Positions 9,124 to 17,687 of a stretch of DNA of 64,000 nt are shown piece by piece (within the stretch, counting starts at the first letter, position 1; each line of letters begins with the position of its first letter). The notes under the pieces are model-generated. The model was not told the origin of the DNA, made no database searches, and saw only the letters and a program-made list of their open reading frames with translations. Source of the DNA: Terriglobia bacterium (GTDB taxonomy: Bacteria > Acidobacteriota > Polarisedimenticolia > Polarisedimenticolales > JAIQFR01); the NCBI GenBank assembly GCA_963748015.1, contig CAVVHE010000005.1, forward strand, positions 224,001 through 288,000, read 5' to 3'. The translations under genes were made by a program, and so were the position numbers.

Positions 9124-10008
9124 ATGCGCAACGACTACTCGCCGCGGCAGCTCGCTCACGCCATCGGGGTCAGCGAGTCCTCGGTGAAGCGCTGGATCGA
9201 CGACGGCGCCATCTCCGCCTCCCGCACCTCCGGCGGGCACCGTCGCATTCCGCTGAGGGAAGCGGTCCGGTTCATCCGGGATTCCGGAATGCCGCTGGTC
9301 CGGCCCGAGATCCTGGGCCTCGTGGATCTCGAGGCGATCCGGCGCGGCCGCGCGGCAGGGGGGCCGGAGAGCACGCTGAAGCACGCGCTGCGCGACGGGA
9401 GAGCGGACGTGGTGCGCGGAATCGTGGTGTCCCAGTATCTCGTGGGGGCTTCTCCGTCGGCGCTCTGCGACGGTCCGATCGCCGGGGCGCTCCACGAGAT
9501 CGGAGAGCTCTGGCGCCACGATCCGACCGGGGTCGCGATCGAGCACCGGGCGACCGATCTCTGCATCCAGGCGCTGAGCGTGGCGCGGAGCCTGGTGCCG
9601 CCTCCCCGCGAGGGAGCGCCGGTCGCGGTCGGCGGCACGCCCCCGGGCGACCCCTACCTCCTGCCGTCGGCCATGTCGGCCTTCGTGCTGGCCGCCGCCG
9701 GATGGCACGCCACGAACCTCGGCCCGGATCTCCCTCTCGACGCGCTCGCGGCCGCCGCCGAGAGGGACCGCGCGGCGCTCGTCTGGCTGTCGGTCGGCAG
9801 CGAGGCCGCGGGCGAGCGTCTCGCCGCGCAGGTCCCTCCCCTCGTCGAGCGGCTCTCTCTCTCGGGGGCGCGGCTCGTCCTCGGCGGCCGGGCCGTTCCG
9901 CGCTCGCTCGAGGCGAGAGACGCGGCCTACCGAGTGGGGCACACGATGGCCGAGCTGGAGGCGTTCGCGCGGGAGCTGCGGGAGAGCGGGGGCGACCGGC
10001 GGAGGTGA
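9124..10008 (+). CDS. MerR/excisionase-type HTH plus cobalamin-binding-domain regulator (CarH/LitR-like)
   Basis: N-terminal HTH (GVSESSVKRWID...RTSGGHRRI), W-x9-EH motif, C-terminal Rossmann B12-type domain (NLGPDLP, VWLS, LVLGG). Confidence 0.75.
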   Translation: MRNDYSPRQLAHAIGVSESSVKRWIDDGAISASRTSGGHRRIPLREAVRFIRDSGMPLVRPEILGLVDLEAIRRGRAAGGPESTLKHALRDGRADVVRGIVVSQYLVGASPSALCDGPIAGALHEIGELWRHDPTGVAIEHRATDLCIQALSVARSLVPPPREGAPVAVGGTPPGDPYLLPSAMSAFVLAAAGWHATNLGPDLPLDALAAAAERDRAALVWLSVGSEAAGERLAAQVPPLVERLSLSGARLVLGGRAVPRSLEARDAAYRVGHTMAELEAFARELRESGGDRRR

Positions 10009-10082
10009 CGCGATCCGTGGACGCGGGGGCCCGCTAGGGCTACCTTATCCCGCGAGGACTTCGGACAACGGCGAGGGCGGAC

Positions 10083-10487
10083 ATGGACAACGACAGGAGC
10101 GAGCTTCTCAGGGAACTCGGCTACTCCGACAAGGCGATCGAGTTCATCGCCGAGGACCGCAACTTCGGGCAGCTGCCGATGTTCTCGATCAAGGCGTCGC
10201 ACCAGGGACAATGCGGTGACATGCTGCGCCTGTATCTCGACGTGGACGGCGGGGTGATCCGCGGCGCGAGCTTCGAGCACGTCGGCTGCACCGGCCTGCA
10301 GGCGAGCGCGGCCGGCGTCACGACGATGATCCGCGGGATGACCCTCGACGACGCGGAGAAGCTCGACGTCGACGACATCGTGGGGTTCCTCGGCAAGATC
10401 CCCGCCGCCAAGCTCGACTGCGCCCAGCTCGCCCGCGACACGCTTCGCAAGGCGATCCGCGAGCTCAAGCAGCCGTCGTCGACCTAG
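10083..10487 (+). CDS. IscU/NifU-N-type Fe-S cluster scaffold protein
   Basis: Three conserved Cys: CGD, GC, and K..CA.LA. Confidence 0.8.
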   Translation: MDNDRSELLRELGYSDKAIEFIAEDRNFGQLPMFSIKASHQGQCGDMLRLYLDVDGGVIRGASFEHVGCTGLQASAAGVTTMIRGMTLDDAEKLDVDDIVGFLGKIPAAKLDCAQLARDTLRKAIRELKQPSST

Positions 10488-10512
10488 AGCCGACTCCCGG
10501 TAGAATGCTCCC

Positions 10513-11256
10513 ATGCGAATCTACCTGACCCGCTGGGTGTGCCTCGACGTCGAGTCCAACCTGCGACGCGTCGCCGTCGAGGCGGCCGCCGCCGCGGCCG
10601 CGGGAGCGGGCCTCTGCGTCTTTCCCGAGGGGTTCCTCCACGGGTACAAGCGCGAGGTCGCCCCTTCCCGCGCGCGCGAGACGTTCGCGGCCGTCTCCCG
10701 CGAGCACCCCGCGATGGCCTTCTGTTTCGGCGCCTTTTCCGAGGAGCGCCGCAACCGGATGACGGTCTGGCGGGGCGGCGAGGAGATCGCCCGTTACGAC
10801 AAGGTCCACCTGTTCGCGCCGTTCGGCGAGCCGGCGATCTGGGAGCCCGGCGACCGCTACGCCGCGGTGCGGCTCGACGGCTGGACCTTCGGTCTCATCA
10901 CCTGCAACGACATCCGCTTCCCCGAGCAGGCGCGCGCGCTGCGCCTCGAGTGCCGCGCCGACGCCCTGCTGGTCGTCGCCTGGTGGCCGTGGCGGCGGGA
11001 CCACGTGTGGAAGACGCTGTTGCGCGCGCGGGCGATCGAGAACGGCGTCTACGTCGTGGGCTGCTGCCTCACCGCCTCCGAGTACCCCGGCGAGCAATTC
11101 GCCGGCGCCGGCAACCACGTCTTCGACCCGCTCGGCGAGCCCATCCGCACCGAGGACGACCACGTCTACGACCTCGACCGCGCCCGCCTCGCCGGCCTCG
11201 TCGTGGACCCGCTCGAAACCTACGTGAAGATCGACCGCGTCCAGCTGTTTCCCTGA
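10513..11256 (+). CDS. Carbon-nitrogen hydrolase (nitrilase superfamily)
   Basis: Catalytic triad motifs VFPE, YDKVHLF, TCNDIRFPE; ARAIENG. Confidence 0.85.
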   Translation: MRIYLTRWVCLDVESNLRRVAVEAAAAAAAGAGLCVFPEGFLHGYKREVAPSRARETFAAVSREHPAMAFCFGAFSEERRNRMTVWRGGEEIARYDKVHLFAPFGEPAIWEPGDRYAAVRLDGWTFGLITCNDIRFPEQARALRLECRADALLVVAWWPWRRDHVWKTLLRARAIENGVYVVGCCLTASEYPGEQFAGAGNHVFDPLGEPIRTEDDHVYDLDRARLAGLVVDPLETYVKIDRVQLFP

Positions 11257-11349
11257 GGCGCGCGCGGCCGGAAGTTCGGATAGCATGCTCACCGCTCGGG
11301 TGGCCGCGGCTTCTTCGAGTCGGGCTGCCCGAGCCTCGCGGAGGAACTG

Positions 11350-12621
11350 ATGGTCGTCTCGCGCAGGGTTTTCGCCGTCGCGGTCCCACTCGTTCTCGCG
11401 CTCGCCCTCGCCGGCGCCGCCGGCCCGTCCGCCGCGCCGGCCGGCACGGATCTCGACGCGCGCGCGGACGCGCTCGCCCGGAAGATCCTGATCGTGGACA
11501 CCCACATCGATCTTCCCGAGCGCCTCAAGGACAAGATGGAGGACGTCTGCAACGCCACGCCGGACGGGAACTTCGACTACCCCCGCGCGAAGGCGGGCGG
11601 GCTCAAGGCCGGCTTCATGGCGATCTACATCCCGGCGAGCACCGAGGAGGGTGCCGCGGCCCGCGCGGAAGCCGACCGGCTGATCGACCTGGTGGAGTCC
11701 ATCGCAAAGAGGTGCCCCGACAAGTTCGCGCTGGCGCGCTCCCCCGCCGACGTCCGGCGGATCGCGAAGTCGGGGAAGATCGCCCTGCCGATGGGGCTCG
11801 AGAACGGCTCCCCACTCGTGGGAGACCTCGCCGTTCTCGCGCACCTCAAGCAGCGCGGGATCCGCTACGTCACCCTCACCCACTCCGAGAACAACGGACT
11901 CTCCGATTCCTCCTTCGCCTCGACGCGGAAGTGGAACGGCCTGAGCCCCGAAGGGAAGAAGGCCGTCGCCGAGCTGAATCGCCTCGGGATCATGGTGGAC
12001 GTGTCGCACCTCTCCGACGACGCCACGCGCCAGGTGCTCGAGCTCTCGAAGACGCCCGTGATCGCCTCGCACTCCTCCTGCCGGCACTTCACGCCGGACT
12101 GGGAGCGGAACCTCGCCGACCCCGAGATCCGCGCGATCGCGGCGAAGGGGGGCGTCGTCCAGATCAACTTCGGCGCCATGTTCCTCCGCGCGGACGCGCA
12201 GAAGCAATCCACGGAAAGCTGGGCGGCGATGCGGAAGTACCTCGAGGAGCACAACATCAAGAGAGGGTCTGCAGAGGCCCGCAAGTTCCGCGAGAGCTAC
12301 CTGAAGGAGCACCCGCGCATCTACGGCGACGTGTCGGACCTCGTGGCGCACATCGACCACGTGGTGCAGATCGCGGGCATCGACCACGTCGGCCTCGGCT
12401 CCGACTTCGAGGGGCTCGGCGACGGCCTGCCGGCCGGGCTCAAGGACGTGTCGGGCTACCGCAACGTGATCCGCGCGCTCCTCGAGAAGGGGTACTCGGA
12501 AGGCGACATCCGCAAGATCTGCGGTGAGAACCTCCTGCGCGTCTGGACGGAGATCGAGCGCGCGGCCGAGGGCCAGACCGGCGGCGTCGAGCCGCCCCGG
12601 AAGAAGGCCAGCGCGTCGTGA
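11350..12621 (+). CDS. Secreted M19 (renal/membrane) dipeptidase
   Basis: Signal peptide; DTHID, MGLEN, TLTH, DVSH, ASHS, GLGSDFEG motifs. Confidence 0.9.
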   Translation: MVVSRRVFAVAVPLVLALALAGAAGPSAAPAGTDLDARADALARKILIVDTHIDLPERLKDKMEDVCNATPDGNFDYPRAKAGGLKAGFMAIYIPASTEEGAAARAEADRLIDLVESIAKRCPDKFALARSPADVRRIAKSGKIALPMGLENGSPLVGDLAVLAHLKQRGIRYVTLTHSENNGLSDSSFASTRKWNGLSPEGKKAVAELNRLGIMVDVSHLSDDATRQVLELSKTPVIASHSSCRHFTPDWERNLADPEIRAIAAKGGVVQINFGAMFLRADAQKQSTESWAAMRKYLEEHNIKRGSAEARKFRESYLKEHPRIYGDVSDLVAHIDHVVQIAGIDHVGLGSDFEGLGDGLPAGLKDVSGYRNVIRALLEKGYSEGDIRKICGENLLRVWTEIERAAEGQTGGVEPPRKKASAS

Positions 12622-12649
12622 TCCTCTCGTCCCGACGGACCGGTAGTCG

Positions 12650-13882
12650 CTAGGTGACGGCGTTCCTTACCCTGAATCGCGCGTCGCGGTAGGCGCCGGT
12701 CGTCATCACCTCGACCAGGCGCTCCACGGCATCGTGGACGTCGACGAAGCGCACGTAGAGCGGCGCGAACCCGAACCGGCAGATGTCGGGGTCGCGGAAG
12801 TCCCCGATCACGCCCCGCTCGATCAGCGCCTGAACGACGCCGTAGCCCTCGTCGTGACGCCACGAGACCTGGCTGCCCCGGCGGGAGTGGTCGCGGGGAG
12901 TGGCCAGGGTGAAGACCCCCGGCAGGCGGTCCTCCACGAGCTCGATGAAGAGGTCGGTCAGGGCCAGGCTCTTGGCGCGCACCCGTTCCATCGTCGTCCG
13001 CTCCCAGACGTCGAGCGCGCCGTCGAGGGCGGCCAAGGCGAGGATCGACGGCGACGAGGTCACGTAGGCCTGCATGCCGCCGGCCGCCCGGTAGTCGAGT
13101 TCGAAGTCGAAGGGGCGCGCGTGGCCGAGCCAGCCGGGCAGCGGGTTCTCGAGCCGGTCCTGCCACTCCCGGCGCACGTACATGAAGGCCGGGGCGCCCG
13201 GTCCGCCGTTCAGGTACTTGTAACAGCAGCCCGCGGCGAAGTCGACGTCGGCCCCCGTGACGTCGAGGGGCACCGCCCCGGCCGAGTGGGCGAGGTCCCA
13301 GACCATCAGCGCGCCGGCCGCGTGAACCTGCGCGGTCACCGCGGCGAGGTCGAGGGCCTCGCCGGTGCGAAAGTCGACGTGGGTCAGTTCCACGAGCGCC
13401 ACGTTGCCGTCGAGGTGGTCGGCGAGCTTCGAGCGGTCGACGGCCCTGACCTCGAGCGGCCGCGGGCGGCGCGCGGCCACGGCCTTGAGGATGTAGACGT
13501 CGGAGTGGAAGTTGGCCGCGTCGGTGAGGATGACGTGGCGGCCGGGCCGGTGGTCGAGCGCGCCGCCCACCAGCTTGGCGATGGCGAGCGTGAGCGTGTC
13601 CGCGACGACGACCTCGCCGGAGCGCGCGCCGATCAGCGGGGCGAGGCGGTCGCCCAGCCGGGTCGGCTGGGCCATCCAGCCCGCCGTGCTCCAGCCGCGC
13701 ACGAGGCCCTTGCCCCACTCGGCGTCGAGCACCTCGTTGACCCGCGCGCGCACCCGCCCGGCGACCGGCCCGAGCGAGTTGCCGTCGAGGTAGATCTCCC
13801 CCTCGTTCAGGGCGAACTCGTCGCGCAGCGCGCCCAGCTCGTCCCGGTCGTCCAGACGTTCACAGTCCATGCGCGTCGTCAC
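12650..13882 (-). CDS. kynU: Kynureninase
   Basis: IYLDGNSLG, WDLAHSAGA, GCCYKYLNGGPG, RFGFAPLY; start set to GTG 13882 after GAGG. Confidence 0.92.
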   Translation of the reverse strand: MTTRMDCERLDDRDELGALRDEFALNEGEIYLDGNSLGPVAGRVRARVNEVLDAEWGKGLVRGWSTAGWMAQPTRLGDRLAPLIGARSGEVVVADTLTLAIAKLVGGALDHRPGRHVILTDAANFHSDVYILKAVAARRPRPLEVRAVDRSKLADHLDGNVALVELTHVDFRTGEALDLAAVTAQVHAAGALMVWDLAHSAGAVPLDVTGADVDFAAGCCYKYLNGGPGAPAFMYVRREWQDRLENPLPGWLGHARPFDFELDYRAAGGMQAYVTSSPSILALAALDGALDVWERTTMERVRAKSLALTDLFIELVEDRLPGVFTLATPRDHSRRGSQVSWRHDEGYGVVQALIERGVIGDFRDPDICRFGFAPLYVRFVDVHDAVERLVEVMTTGAYRDARFRVRNAVT

Positions 13883-14130
13883 AAGAAGGACCTCACTTCC
13901 CGGAGCCCGGATCGGGACCCTCATGTTACCCCGCCACCCGCCGCCACGGGCTTCCCGCGGCGGGATCCGTGGGGGGAGCGTTGCGAGCGTCCGCTCGAGG
14001 ATAGCTGTCGCCTGGTGCGCCTGGCTGGCGGATTCTCTGCGAGCTTCCGAGAGGGCGGAACTGAGCCAAATGTGCGTTAGTATCGCCTGTCGTCGGAGAT
14101 GACCGGCCTCATGGGGTTCACCGGCTCGAC

Positions 14131-15261
14131 ATGAAACGAACTGCCTCCGTTCTCTCGATCCTGTTCTGCCTGGGTGGGGTGCAAGCTCGGGAAACCGAAA
14201 CCTACGTGTTGCACCAGGCCGTCTCGAATCGCGAGACGATCGTCTACAAGCGCGTCATCCGCTTCGACGACCAGAAGCGTCTGTTCCACGTCCGGGACTA
14301 CTACGAGAACGGGCGAATCCAGATGGACGCCTTCTACGCCTCCTTCGACAAACGGGTGAAGGAGGAGTATCAGTGCAACTACCACTCGAACACCAAGGAA
14401 GGGCCGTACACGGAATGGCACCGGAACGGGCGCAAGCGATTCCGAGGCCATTTCACGCGGGGCAGGCTGAACGGCGCGAGCACCGACTGGTACGAGAGTG
14501 GGCGGAAGGAAGCGAAGCAGAACTGGCTCGACGGACAGTTGCACGGCCGGGTCAGATACTGGTCCGAGAAAGGAGACCTGCAGTTCGATTCGACGTTCGA
14601 GCACGGCATGAACCAGCATCGCCGGAACGTCAGCTATCGATACCTGTCGTACCTCCCGAAGGACTACGAGGCGGACGCCGCCAGGAAGTGGCCGCTCGTC
14701 ATTTACCTGCACGGAGGTTCGGATCGAGGGACCGAGCTGAAGAAGCTGTACTCAGCCGGGATCCCCGACCAGGTATACAGGGGACGGGAGTTCCCGTTCA
14801 TCATGCTCGCCCCGCAATGTCCCGAGCATCTCAGGTGGTCGACCGACGACTGGTTCGAGAACTTCTACAAGGAAGTGACCGCCCGGTACAGAATCGACAC
14901 CGACCGGGTCTATCTGACCGGGCCGAGCCTGGGCGGCTCGGGCACCTGGTACATCGCCGCCCGGTATCCCGAGACGTTCGCGGCCATCGCGCCGATCAGC
15001 GGATTCACGAGCCATCTCGATTACATCGACAAGAACATCGACAAGCTGCTCGACATGCCCGTCTGGGCCTTCCACGGGAAGCTGGACACCGTCGTGCCTT
15101 TCGAAGAGACGGAGCGAATCGTCAAGAGGCTGGAGGGGAAGAACCGGAACCTGAGATTCTCCGCCGAACCGGATCTCGGCCACGGGATCCACTGGCAGGT
15201 CTATCCGGGCCAGGAGATCTACGACTGGCTCCTGCGATTCGACAGGCGATCGAGAAAGTGA
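14131..15261 (+). CDS. Secreted MORN/YwqK-repeat plus alpha/beta-hydrolase (esterase/peptidase) fusion
   Basis: Signal peptide, repeats of type G.YTEWH.NG..., then YLHG, GPSLGG nucleophile elbow, HG..D.VVP and GH. Confidence 0.8.
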   Translation: MKRTASVLSILFCLGGVQARETETYVLHQAVSNRETIVYKRVIRFDDQKRLFHVRDYYENGRIQMDAFYASFDKRVKEEYQCNYHSNTKEGPYTEWHRNGRKRFRGHFTRGRLNGASTDWYESGRKEAKQNWLDGQLHGRVRYWSEKGDLQFDSTFEHGMNQHRRNVSYRYLSYLPKDYEADAARKWPLVIYLHGGSDRGTELKKLYSAGIPDQVYRGREFPFIMLAPQCPEHLRWSTDDWFENFYKEVTARYRIDTDRVYLTGPSLGGSGTWYIAARYPETFAAIAPISGFTSHLDYIDKNIDKLLDMPVWAFHGKLDTVVPFEETERIVKRLEGKNRNLRFSAEPDLGHGIHWQVYPGQEIYDWLLRFDRRSRK

Positions 15262-15371
15262 CGGCCCGCGCGCGGCTGTGGGTTCCGGGTTTCGCGGAGG
15301 TTCCTCGGGAATGGCCCGAGGCTTGAGGCCAGGCTGTCGACCAGCTCGCTGACTTCTCGTTTCCGGTGTTT

Positions 15372-15424
15372 TGGCTCCCCAGCAGGGACTCCGACCTTTG
15401 CCCCGCGGGTTGACAGTCACGTCG
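15372..15424 (-). pseudogene. Degenerate tRNA 3' half (Asn-like)
   Basis: Minus strand reads GACTGTCAACCCGCGGGGCAAAGGTCGGAGTCCCTGCTGGGGAGCCA: CCA end, acceptor 3' strand, T-arm-like GGTCGGAGTCC and anticodon-loop-like CTGTCAA; no 5' half is present. Confidence 0.6.
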
Positions 15425-15511
15425 CGAGCTTCCCCGCTGTCATGTCCGACTGCGGGTGCTACCGACGATGCGAGGATGGATCGGAGCTCGGGGCGTGGAA
15501 TCGGCCCCTCC

Positions 15512-16291
15512 TCAGGGCGGGGTTCCGTGGACCTCGAACAGCAGGCTGCAGCAGGTGACGGCGCCCTCCGCCTTCGCTAGCTCCGAGACGTCCACGGTGA
15601 CGACGCGAAGGCCCCGGGCCTCGAGCCGGGCGAGCGTCCTCGGGAACGCCTCGGGGTAGATGACCGTGTCGCAGGCGGCCAGCGCGTTGGCGGCGAACGG
15701 CTCGGCAGGGTCGATCTCGATGAGCTCGAGCCCGGAAAAGTGCGAGGGCTCGACCCAGCCGGAGTGGATCAGCACCGAGCGCTCCGAGACCTGCGTCACT
15801 GCGGACTTGAGGTGGAGGCAGCGCGTGACCGGCACCGCGCGCACCTCGTAGCCGTGCGGCGACGCGATCCGGCGGAGCGCCTCGATGCCCTCGGCGTTCG
15901 TCCGGCTCGACGCGCCCGCGAAGATCGTCCTCCCCACGACGAGGATGTCGCCGCCGTCGAGCGTCGCGGGGGCCTCGATGGGAACGAGCGTCCTGAAGGG
16001 CCGGAGCGCTTCCGCGATCGCAGGGACCTCGGGCCTCCGGGAGACGGCGCCGGGGCGCGCGAGGATGGCGACCTCGTCGAGCACGACCGCCGCGTCCTCG
16101 ACGAACACCGAGTCCGGAAGGTCGGGCTCGGCGCGTAGCCGCCGGACGGCGAAGCCGGCCGCGGCCAGGCAGGCTTCGTACCGCTGGTGCTGCTCGCGCG
16201 CGAGATCCGGATCGATGGGCCGGCGCGACAGATGGGTCAGCTCGCAGCGCGCGAACGCGGGGCTGACGTCTCTCGTGATCGCGAACTTCAC
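15512..16291 (-). CDS. Dimethylarginine dimethylaminohydrolase (dimethylargininase)
   Basis: PDSVFVED, LDGGD, LHLKS, KAEGAVTCCS motifs; GTG start after AGGAGAGG. Confidence 0.88.
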   Translation of the reverse strand: MKFAITRDVSPAFARCELTHLSRRPIDPDLAREQHQRYEACLAAAGFAVRRLRAEPDLPDSVFVEDAAVVLDEVAILARPGAVSRRPEVPAIAEALRPFRTLVPIEAPATLDGGDILVVGRTIFAGASSRTNAEGIEALRRIASPHGYEVRAVPVTRCLHLKSAVTQVSERSVLIHSGWVEPSHFSGLELIEIDPAEPFAANALAACDTVIYPEAFPRTLARLEARGLRVVTVDVSELAKAEGAVTCCSLLFEVHGTPP

Positions 16292-16433
16292 GCGGCATCC
16301 TCTCCTGACCCTGTCTGCGGGGCCGCGCGCAGCATACCTCCGCGGAGCGCCCCTCGCTTCCTTTGACTCGCCGAGCCATGGTGCGTAGAGTCCGGATACG
16401 GCCCGCGACGGGCCGCTCCACGTGGAGGTCGCC

Positions 16434-17615
16434 ATGAAACGCCGCGCATCCTGCCGCTTCATCGTGCTCGCCGCCGCTGTCCTCTCCGCTCCCCTTTCTG
16501 GAGCAGCCGCCGCACCACCCGCCGAAGCGCAGCCCGCCCCGTGCGACATGGCGGTCCCGAGTATCTACGAGAAGGTCTCGCCCGCCGTCGTCTCGATCTC
16601 GGCGATGTCGGTGAATCCCTACGACATCGGCGACCGGATGTCGCGGGTCGTCGGCTCGGGGGTGATCATCGACAAGGCGGGACTGGTCCTGACGAATTCG
16701 CACGTCGTCTTCGCGCGGCAGGTGATCACGGTGACCCTCGACGACGGCGCGAGCCTGCCGGCAAAACTCGTGGGAGCCGACCCGATCTTCGACGTCGCGC
16801 TGATCCGGATCCCGGCGCCGACGGACGCCGGTCTGCCGACGGCGAAACTGGGCGTGTCGGCGAGGGTCGTGGTCGGTGAGGACGTGTTCGCGATCGGCAA
16901 CCCGTTCGGCCTCGACCAGACTTTCACCCGTGGGATCGTCTCCGCGGTGAACCGGCTGCTCCCCGACGTCCCATTCTCGCTCACCGAGCCCCTCATCCAG
17001 ACCGACGCGCCGATCAACCCGGGGAGCTCGGGCGGTCCGCTCGTGAATCGCTGCGGCGAGGTGATCGGGATCACGACGGCCATCCTTCCCGAGGCGCAGA
17101 ACATCGGGTTCGCGGTCCCGGTGGACCTGATCAAGGACGTCGTCCCGTCGCTCCTCGCGAACGGGCACGTCGTCCGGCCGTGGCTCGGGGTGCAGGGGCA
17201 GCTCGTGGCCCAGCCGCTCAAGGACCTCTTGAAAGTCCCGCTGACGGACGGCTTCCTGGTGGAGGTCGTCGAGCCCGGGAGCCCGGCGGAACAGGCGGGC
17301 CTCCGCGGAGGGCGACTCGACCTCGTGATCGGAGGCCAGCCGATCCTGATCGGCGGCGACGTGATCTCGGAGATCGACGGCTCGCCCATCGACGATCCGG
17401 ACAAGGTCGCGCAGGCCCTCCGCTCGCTCAAGGTCGGCGCCACGGTGCGCCTCGGGGTCTTCCGCGACGGGGACACGCGCGAGGTGAAGGTGGTCCTGAT
17501 CGAGCGGCCTCTTCTTCCCGAGGACATTCCGGCGCGCAGGTCCGCCGCACCGGGCGGGTCGCTTTCGCCGACCGCCGCCCGCGGCCCGTTCCGCAGCGCC
17601 CGCGGGGAATTCTAG
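16434..17615 (+). CDS. HtrA/DegP-like S1C serine protease with one PDZ domain
   Basis: Signal peptide, GSGVII, TNSHV, DVALI, AIGNPFG, QTDAPINPGSSGGPL, PDZ (EPGSPAEQAGL...GDVI). Confidence 0.9.
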   Translation: MKRRASCRFIVLAAAVLSAPLSGAAAAPPAEAQPAPCDMAVPSIYEKVSPAVVSISAMSVNPYDIGDRMSRVVGSGVIIDKAGLVLTNSHVVFARQVITVTLDDGASLPAKLVGADPIFDVALIRIPAPTDAGLPTAKLGVSARVVVGEDVFAIGNPFGLDQTFTRGIVSAVNRLLPDVPFSLTEPLIQTDAPINPGSSGGPLVNRCGEVIGITTAILPEAQNIGFAVPVDLIKDVVPSLLANGHVVRPWLGVQGQLVAQPLKDLLKVPLTDGFLVEVVEPGSPAEQAGLRGGRLDLVIGGQPILIGGDVISEIDGSPIDDPDKVAQALRSLKVGATVRLGVFRDGDTREVKVVLIERPLLPEDIPARRSAAPGGSLSPTAARGPFRSARGEF

Positions 17616-17687
17616 GAGCGCCCCTCGAAAGTCCGGATCGGAGTTCGGCCCGAAGCGGCCCTCGTTGCGAGCGGTCGACTCGTCCCG

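Noticed and set aside
8118..10487. Nitrogen fixation cluster (NifX-like and NifU-like genes)
   Set aside because: No nifHDK or nifENB; both families are widespread in non-diazotrophs
14040..15300. Integron cassette interpretation of the 14131-15261 gene (GCGTTAG upstream)
   Set aside because: GTTAGTA does not fit GTTRRRY, no RYYYAAC follows the gene, and there is no integrase
15372..15424. Functional tRNA gene
   Set aside because: 5' acceptor strand and D-arm are absent and the T-loop is mutated; kept only as a remnant
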